Notes under the pieces: generated by a model
Databases searched by the model: none
Seen by the model: the letters and a program-made list of their open reading frames with translations, nothing else
What the model was told of the DNA's origin: nothing
Program-made: the position numbers and the translations under genes
Shown: in pieces, positions 1 to 6,400 of the stretch
Position numbering within the stretch: the stretch's first letter is position 1
How the letters are laid out: the number at the start of each line of letters is the position of its first letter
Assembly (NCBI GenBank): GCA_045542815.1
Contig: JAZQLT010000162.1
Span: 1 to 33,187, forward strand
Direction: 5' to 3'
From: Candidatus Scatosoma sp.
GTDB taxonomy: Bacteria; Bacillota; Clostridia; Christensenellales; Borkfalkiaceae
DNA: 33,187 nt

Positions 1-694
1 ATGAGGGGGGCAGGTATGCGTTGAACCATTTTATCAGGGCTTTGGAATCGTTTGCGCACAGGGGCATGACAAGATGCCGTACGATACACCCCGAAAGCAT
101 TTTGCCGTCTTCCGTCATGACAAGCGGTTTGGCGTTTGCCATAAAGCCAATCGCTTCGCTTGCGATATCGAAGTAGTCTTCCTTGCCCAAGTAGCGTTTG
201 GAAAGGGCAGGGGAATAAAATTTCATATCGGGCAGATAAATATCTACGAACGGGTCGATAAGCTTTAACGCGTCCACCTTTTCATAACTGCCCGTGTTAT
301 ATACTACGGGGATTTTCGGGCGGTAAATTTCAAACGCGGGCACCAGGTATGGAATCAAGTGCGACGGCGTAACCAAAGAGATGTTCTCCGCGCCCATGTC
401 TTCCAGCTCCTTAAAGATATCCGAAAGCTCGCGCGGGGTGATCTCCTTACCGCGCTTTGCGCGGGAGACTTCGTAGTTTTGGCAAAAAACACAGCGCAGG
501 TTGCAGCCCGAAAAGAAGATCGTGCCGCTGCCTTTTTTAAAAGAAATGCAAGGCTCTTCAAAGGGGTGTAAGTAGTACTTTGCAATCCGCAGGGAAGAAG
601 CGCCGCATGCGCCCACGCCCGTAAGGCGGTTTGCGCCGCATTCGACGGGACAGAGTGTGCAATTTTCCAAAACCGACTTTTTCATAATATTCAT
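1..694 (-). CDS. Radical SAM protein, PflX/COG1313-like (pyruvate formate-lyase activase homologue); C-terminal end runs off the window start
   Basis: My own minus-strand translation from ATG 694 (in-frame ATG also at 685): MNIMKKSVLENCTLCPVECGANRLTGVGACG...GTIFFSGCNLRCVFCQNYEVS...IVRHLVMPLCANDS...KWFNAYLPPS. It has a CxxxCxxC radical-SAM cluster plus an N-terminal Cys cluster. The frame is open to position 1. It is absent from the ORF track because there is no stop in the window. Confidence 0.85.
   Translation of the reverse strand, partial: MNIMKKSVLENCTLCPVECGANRLTGVGACGASSLRIAKYYLHPFEEPCISFKKGSGTIFFSGCNLRCVFCQNYEVSRAKRGKEITPRELSDIFKELEDMGAENISLVTPSHLIPYLVPAFEIYRPKIPVVYNTGSYEKVDALKLIDPFVDIYLPDMKFYSPALSKRYLGKEDYFDIASEAIGFMANAKPLVMTEDGKMLSGCIVRHLVMPLCANDSKALIKWFNAYLPPS
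6..24 (+). repeat. Motif copy a: GGGGGCAGGTATGCGTTGA (exact 19-mer, also at 14106-14124)
   Basis: Direct reading. It lies inside the radical SAM CDS, which is read on the opposite strand. Confidence 0.7.
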
Positions 695-721
695 TATAAC
701 ACGGATAAAAAATTTTTGCAA
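693..721 (-). promoter_or_regulatory. Sigma-70-type promoter of the radical SAM gene; the geometry suggests a leaderless or near-leaderless mRNA
   Basis: The minus strand reads TTGCAA (721-716), a 17-nt spacer, then TATAAT (698-693). The in-frame ATG at 685 starts 7 nt after the -10. Neither ATG has a Shine-Dalgarno. Confidence 0.4.
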
Positions 722-733
722 GCGTGTAATAAC

Positions 734-762
734 TTGACAAAGGACAAAAAAAGGGATATAAT
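734..762 (+). promoter_or_regulatory. Consensus sigma-70 promoter upstream of metK
   Basis: TTGACA 734-739, 17-nt spacer, TATAAT 757-762. Confidence 0.6.
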
Positions 763-782
763 ATAATTCCCGAATAGAAAAG

Positions 783-808
783 TGCGCGAAGTTTCGCGGC
801 TTTTTTTG
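783..808 (+). terminator. Short GC hairpin plus T7 run inside the metK 5' leader (attenuator-like)
   Basis: CGCGAA/TTCGCG arms at 785-798 followed by TTTTTTT at 801-807. It lies downstream of the predicted TSS and about 65 nt before the metK ATG. Confidence 0.3.
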
Positions 809-872
809 CGTGGGAACTTCACCGAAAATCTCAAATTCGGCGATGAACTATGTTAAAAAGAGGATTTTTTAC

Positions 873-2036
873 ATGAAAAAGTTTTTTACCAGCGAAAGCG
901 TTACGGAAGGGCATCCCGACAAGGTGTGCGACAACATCTCGGACGGGCTCTTGGACGCGATTTTGGCAATCGATCCGCAGGCGCGGACGGCAATTGAGTG
1001 TGCGGCGGCGTTTGATACCCTGCTTATCATGGGCGAAGTAACGACGACGGCAGAGATCGACTACGAGAAAAAGGCTCGCGAGATCATCAAAGAAATCGGC
1101 TACGATTTCGGTACGTTCTCTTGCGATACTTGCAAGATCATTACGGCGATTCATACGCAGTCGCCCGATATCGCCATGGGCGTGAACGCGTCCTTGGAGA
1201 AAAAGACGGACGGCGGCGACGAAGCCGATCAGCTCGGCGCGGGCGATCAGGGTATGATGTTCGGTTACGCTTGCCGTGAAACCAAAGAGCTTATGCCCTT
1301 GACCCTGTCTTTATCCCACCGCTTGGCAAAGCGCTTGACGGACGTGAGAAAAAGCGGGCTTTTGCCCTATCTTCGCCCCGACGGTAAGACGCAGGTAACG
1401 GTGGAATACGAAGACGGCGTGGCAAAAAGAGTGGATACCGTGGTCGTTTCCACGCAACATAATGCGGAAGTTTCGCAAGAACAGATCCGCGCGGACATGA
1501 AAAAGCTCGTGATCGACGAGATCATTCCCGCAAGCCTTATGGACGAAAACACGAAGATCTTTATCAATCCCACGGGCAGATTTGAAATCGGCGGGCCTGA
1601 AGGGGATAGCGGTCTTACGGGCAGAAAGATTATCGTAGATACTTACGGCGGGAGATGTGCGCACGGCGGCGGCGCGTTCTCGGGCAAAGACCCCACGAAG
1701 GTGGATAGAAGCGCGGCGTACTACTGCCGTTATATCGCGAAGAATTTGGTTGCGGCAGGGCTTGCTGACGAAGTGGAAATTCAGGTGGCGTACGCAATCG
1801 GCGTTGCGAACCCCGTTTCCGTGTTCGTGGATTCTCACGGCACGGGCAAGCTCAACGACGAAGAGCTTGCAGAAGTGGTGAAAAAGGAATTTGACCTTCG
1901 TCCTTATGCAATCATTCGGGATTTGGACCTTCGCAAGCCCGTATTCAAGAAAACGGCGGCGTACGGACACTTTGGCTACAAAGGGTTCTCTTGGGAGCAA
2001 ACGGACAGAGCGGAAGCTTTGAAAAAATATCTGTAA
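873..2036 (+). CDS. metK: S-adenosylmethionine synthetase
   Basis: [24 protein letters not shown]..., [34 protein letters not shown] 873 is preceded by AAAAGAGGA. The ORF-track start at 810 is a non-ATG upstream extension. Confidence 0.97.
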   Translation: MKKFFTSESVTEGHPDKVCDNISDGLLDAILAIDPQARTAIECAAAFDTLLIMGEVTTTAEIDYEKKAREIIKEIGYDFGTFSCDTCKIITAIHTQSPDIAMGVNASLEKKTDGGDEADQLGAGDQGMMFGYACRETKELMPLTLSLSHRLAKRLTDVRKSGLLPYLRPDGKTQVTVEYEDGVAKRVDTVVVSTQHNAEVSQEQIRADMKKLVIDEIIPASLMDENTKIFINPTGRFEIGGPEGDSGLTGRKIIVDTYGGRCAHGGGAFSGKDPTKVDRSAAYYCRYIAKNLVAAGLADEVEIQVAYAIGVANPVSVFVDSHGTGKLNDEELAEVVKKEFDLRPYAIIRDLDLRKPVFKKTAAYGHFGYKGFSWEQTDRAEALKKYL

Positions 2037-2051
2037 ACCTTAAAACAAGGC

Positions 2052-2068
2052 GGGCAGGTATGAGATGA
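2052..2068 (+). repeat. Motif copy b: GGGCAGGTATGAGATGA
   Basis: Direct reading. It lies 16 nt after the metK stop and immediately 5' of the bidirectional terminator. Confidence 0.6.
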
Positions 2069-2071
2069 AAC

Positions 2072-2107
2072 AAAAACGGAGCGTGAAAACACGCTCCGTT
2101 TATATTT
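2072..2107. terminator. Bidirectional intrinsic terminator between convergent metK and asnA
   Basis: ACGGAGCGTG (2076-2085), loop AAAA, CACGCTCCGT (2090-2099). An A-run lies 5' and a T-rich tail lies 3'. Confidence 0.8.
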
Positions 2108-2124
2108 AGTGTTTTTACCGTAGT

Positions 2125-3132
2125 TTATAACAGCACGATGCCGTTTTCCTTGCAAACGCGCTTGGTTTCTTCGTCCCAAAGGGAAACCTGCACTTCGCCG
2201 ATGTGCGCCTTGCCAAGAAGCAACATGGAAAGTCTCGATTGACCGATACCCCCGCCCATGGTAAGGGGAAGCTCGCCCGCTAAAAGCGCCTTGTGGAAGG
2301 GGAGCGCTCTGCGCTCGTCCGCGTTTGCTTTTTTGAGCTGTTCGTCCAGCGATTTTTCATCTACACGAATACCCATGGACGAGATTTCGAACGCACAGCC
2401 CAAGATATCGTTCCAGAATAAAATATCGCCGTTGAGCGACCAGTCGTCGTAGTCGGGCGCACGGGAATCGTGCGGTTGCCCCGATTTGAGCTTGTCGCCG
2501 ATCTGCATAATGAACGCCGTTTTGTGTTCCTTCAAATAAGCGTTTTCGCGCTCCTTGGAAGTCATGTCGGGGTAGAGATCTTCCAGCTCCTGCGCGGTGA
2601 TAAAGCTCACCGTTCTGCAAAGCTCGGTATCCAACTGCGGATAACGGCACTTCAAGAAATCCAGCGTATCACAGATAGCGCCCACGATCCCTTGTACGAC
2701 TTTTTTCAGATAATCCGCGTTGCGGGTGTCGGGGGTGATGATTTTTTCCCAGTCCCACTGATCGGTATAAACGGAGTGCAAATTGTCCATTTCTTCGTCG
2801 CGGCGAATGGCGTTCATGTCCGTGTATAAACCTTCGCCCGCGGAGAAACCGTACGCGGCGAGCGCCATGCGCTTCCACTTCGCCAGCGAGTGGACGACTA
2901 CCGCGTCTTTGCCCGTTTCTTTAAGGTCGAATTTCACGGGGCGTTCGACGCCGCTCAAATCGTCGTTCAAACCCGTTGTGGGATCGACGAACAGGGGGGC
3001 AGATACGCGTTTAAGGTTGAGCGCAAGGCATAAACGCTCTTCAAAAGTGCGTTTTAAAAGCCCGATTGCCGTCTGCGTGTCGTACATTCCGAGCACCGTT
3101 TTATAGCCTTTCGGCAGGATCACTTTACTCAT
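2125..3132 (-). CDS. asnA: Aspartate--ammonia ligase (asparagine synthetase A)
   Basis: MSKVILPKGYK...VHSLAKWKR...SVYTDQWDWEK...RAPDYDDWSLNGDIL...GGGIGQSRLSMLLL resembles E. coli AsnA along its whole length. ATG 3132 is used; the track start at 3147 is TTG. Confidence 0.95.
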   Translation of the reverse strand: MSKVILPKGYKTVLGMYDTQTAIGLLKRTFEERLCLALNLKRVSAPLFVDPTTGLNDDLSGVERPVKFDLKETGKDAVVVHSLAKWKRMALAAYGFSAGEGLYTDMNAIRRDEEMDNLHSVYTDQWDWEKIITPDTRNADYLKKVVQGIVGAICDTLDFLKCRYPQLDTELCRTVSFITAQELEDLYPDMTSKERENAYLKEHKTAFIMQIGDKLKSGQPHDSRAPDYDDWSLNGDILFWNDILGCAFEISSMGIRVDEKSLDEQLKKANADERRALPFHKALLAGELPLTMGGGIGQSRLSMLLLGKAHIGEVQVSLWDEETKRVCKENGIVLL

Positions 3133-3163
3133 ACTCGTTACCTTCAAAAAAATCTTTTGGTAC

Positions 3164-3193
3164 AGTATAACACATTTTCATAAAGCTTGTCAA
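3164..3193 (-). promoter_or_regulatory. Sigma-70 promoter for asnA
   Basis: The minus strand reads TTGACA (3193-3188), an 18-nt spacer containing TG, then TATACT (3169-3164). Confidence 0.5.
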
Positions 3194-3267
3194 CGATATT
3201 TTCTCGCTGCAACACGCAAAGAAAGGGGTGTTTTTGGGAAAAAGACAAAAAAAATTTAAAAAAAGGC

Positions 3268-3296
3268 TTGCAAATCGCAAAAGGCAGTGCTATAAT
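3268..3296 (+). promoter_or_regulatory. Sigma-70 promoter (extended -10) for the giant lipoprotein gene
   Basis: TTGCAA 3268-3273, 17-nt spacer ending in TGC, TATAAT 3291-3296. It leaves a leader of about 190 nt. Confidence 0.55.
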
Positions 3297-3493
3297 ATAT
3301 AATGTAAAGTGCTTAAAGGCGCGAATTTCAAAAAAACGCGAACCCCGCGGGGTTGTTTGCTGTTCCACAGCAAACAAACATTCCTATCTGCTGCGGCGCA
3401 GAGCGCCGAAGGAAGTGAAGCGTAGGGGCAAGGGTTTTTCGGAAAGGAACGCTGAAGAAGCGAAGAAAAGGAATAAAAAATGGAGGTAGTATC

Positions 3494-6400
3494 ATGAAAC
3501 AATGGCTGAAAAGAGCTTTTGCAACGGTATGCAGCAGTATCATGGCGTGTACGGCGTTGACGGGCTTGGTGGCGTGTAAGCCTGACGATGATTCCTCGTC
3601 ATCTTCCTCGCCTACAGCTTGTACGCACCAGTGGGACGGCGGCGTAGAGCAAGTTGCTCCGACGTGTGAATCGGACGGCAGCGCACTCTTTACCTGTACG
3701 GTTTGCGGTGAGACGGAAACGAGAGTGCTCGAAGGCGGGCATATTTACGAGGAAACGGTAGTTCCCGTAAGCTGTGTCCGTAACGGCTCCACGACGCGTA
3801 CTTGCGAACGCTGCGGCGATTCCGAGAAGAAGATCACGGCGGCGGCGTTGGGCCACAAGCTGGAGGGTGCAGTTTGGACGAAGGGTGAAGACGTACGCGT
3901 GAGCGACTGTATCTATCAGCACGTAGAAACGGCAACCTGTAGCGAATGTCAGGAAACCGTAACGCATACGGAAGATTTCTCGAAACATAGTTGGGTAGTT
4001 TCCATTTCCGAATATGCAACCTGTTCGCAGGCGGGCGAAAAGCTGTACGAATGCGAAGACTGCGACGAAACCATGACGGTAGAATACAACGACGTAAACG
4101 CACACGCTTGGGTAGAACAATCGATCGTGGACAACGTTATCACCTACGTATGCTCGCACAACAGTGCGCACACCAAGACGGTGTTCTCTGCAAAGACGGA
4201 AGTTGCGGCGACCGTACCTGCGGCTGCATTGCAGGAAGCGGGCGAAGTAGAGCTTCAGAACGCAGCGATTAAAATGGACGAAGACGTTTTGAGCCAGCTT
4301 GACGGCAAAGACGTAAACATTTCGGTTGCAGCCGTAGATAATACGGGCGATCTGGGCTTGAGCCCCGAAGATCTCGAAAAACTCGGCAATAACCCCGTAT
4401 ATAACTTCGAGATGACGGCAGGCGAAGACGCGGTAACGAGCTTCGACGGCTCGTTGACGGTTACCGTGCCTTACAATTTGGGCGACGGCGAAGATCCTGA
4501 TAATATCGCAATCTGGTACATAGACGACGACGGTAACACCACGACGATTCAGGCGACCTATTCGTATAATGCAAGCGAAAATCAGGGCTATGCAACCTTC
4601 ACGACCAACCACTTCTCGTACTATACGGTTGTTCGCTTGTCCCCCGAAGAACGCTGCGGCATTTACGGCCACGACAATGAAGTAAAGGTTATTCCCGCAA
4701 GCTGTAACGTACAAGGCTACACCTTGACGGAATGTAAGGTTTGTCATGAGCTGACCCGTGATAACTTCACGGCGGCGCTTACGCATAACCATGAGACGAC
4801 CGTAACGGCGGCTACCTGTACGGAAAAGGGTTACACCACGTATGCTTGCGCACAGTGCGGCGATAAGTACATCACCGATTACACGCCGATGATCACGCAT
4901 ACTTACGAAGAAAAGGTAACGGCGGCTACCTGTATTGCAGGCGGTTATACGCTTTATACCTGTACGGTATGTCATCAGTCTTACGTTGGCAACGAAACGG
5001 CGGCAACGGCGCACAACTTCGTGGACGGCGCTTGTAGCGCGTGCGGACGTAAAGACCCCAACGCTACGGTGGCAAACTTCTATCTCAACATGATCGAAAG
5101 CCTTGCTACGGCGAACACCTATTATCTTGAAGTCGAAGATCTCCACGTTGTTACGAAAGAAGACAAATATGGAAGCGACGTGTATGTCCATTCGCTCCGC
5201 GCAGTGGTAGGCTTTGACGAAAAGGGTCTCGTCGGTAAGGGCGAAGTGAAAATGTCCCAGGTGGATAAGAGAAACAACGAAGTTGTGGACGATATCGATG
5301 GCACGGCTACGGTTGTATTCCGCGACGGCAAAATGTACTTGGTGGAAGAAACGAGCGGCACGTACTCCGATGAAATGATCGGCGTTATGGATCAGTCCAT
5401 GATGTTTGGCGGCGAACAGGGCGCGGCGATGATGGGTCAGATGAGCGCTATGCTCGAAGCAAACGCTGAATACATTGAGACGCTTCTTTCCGGTATCACG
5501 GCAGTAGAAAACAGCCCCTTGGATAAGGTATTCAAGACGGTTATCGAATACGTATTCACCAGACAGGATACGCAGGACGGCTATAAGTTCACGCTGAACA
5601 AAGACCGCGCGAAGGATATGTACGTTGCATTGCAGAACAGCACGGCGGCAGAAACCTTCGACCTTATCTTCGGCGAAGGCGCGTTTGAAGCGGTAGTAAC
5701 CTACTTGAAGTCTTCGCTTACCAAGACGGTAGCTGAGTTTGAAGCAGACGCAACCACCGAGCTTGCGAAGTGGGGCGTTCAGAAAGACGTGCTCTACGCG
5801 CTCGTAGAAAATATGTCCGGCGGAGAAATGAACATCGGTGAGATGCTTACCGAAGTCGGCGAAATGCAGGTCTATGCGTTCATCAACGCGATGACCGAAA
5901 TGGAAATGGCAGCTACGGATTACGAAGGCATGATCGACGAATACGCAGGTATGTTCGATCAGGTAAGCGTATTCGAAATGGTAGCCGGCATGATGGATAG
6001 CATGGGCGGCAACGTTAGCGGCGGCGGCAGCAGCGACGGACAGATGAAGCCTATGGCGGTAACTTCGGCAGGTTCCGATTCCGCATCCGCTTCCGATATG
6101 ATCGACGAACTGCTGGAAAAACTCAGCGGTTTGACCGTTACGTTCGATACGGATAAGGCGGGTACGTTGCTTTCCGTGAACGCAAATATCAACGACCTTG
6201 CTATGGAAACGGGAGAAGAAAGCAGCTTCTCCATGGACGGTAAGATCAGCTTTATCCCTAACGGCAGCTATGCGGCAGAATACGAAAATATCATCAAAGA
6301 AGCGCAGCAGTTTGAAGCGGCGTTCGATCTCACGAACCCCATCGAAACGGAGCTTTACACCCTTTTCGAAATGGGCGGTGAAATGTATCTTTGGAGCAAC

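Noticed and set aside
16-24. Mini-ORFs created by the motif: ATG-CGT-TGA at 16-24 and 14116-14124 and ATG-AGA-TGA at 2060-2068 (all Met-Arg-stop), plus MYEM... peptides starting at 21200 and 28039.
   Set aside because: It is intriguing that CGT and AGA are both Arg codons. However, three copies have ACG in place of ATG, spacing to any SD-like G-run is poor, two copies lie inside other CDSs, and the MYEM ORFs run through terminator hairpins. There is no support for translation.
741-872. SAM-I (S-box) riboswitch expected upstream of metK.
   Set aside because: I could not find the conserved SAM-I core elements, and the leader is too short at about 100 nt. It is reported only as an unexplained attenuator-like leader.
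810-872. Upstream extensions offered by the ORF track: metK from 810, pyrophosphorylase from 26329, pncB from 30994, phosphohexomutase from 25277, PucR from 18778, HATPase-like gene from 16290, 118-aa gene from 15000, asnA from 3147 and DUF4363 from 28458.
   Set aside because: In each case an internal ATG has a proper Shine-Dalgarno and matches the family N-terminus. The extension starts on a non-ATG codon, overlaps the upstream gene or promoter, or reads through a repeat.
2052-2070. The motif as solitary CRISPR repeats, because some copies end in ...GATGAAAC/GTTGAAC, like many repeat 3' ends.
   Set aside because: The copies are kilobases apart, only 14-19 nt long, and not regularly spaced. 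There is no array, leader or cas gene.
4800-4939. 19-nt direct repeat GTAACGGCGGCTACCTGTA inside the giant gene.
   Set aside because: It is a consequence of duplicated protein modules (VTAATC...), not an independent DNA element.
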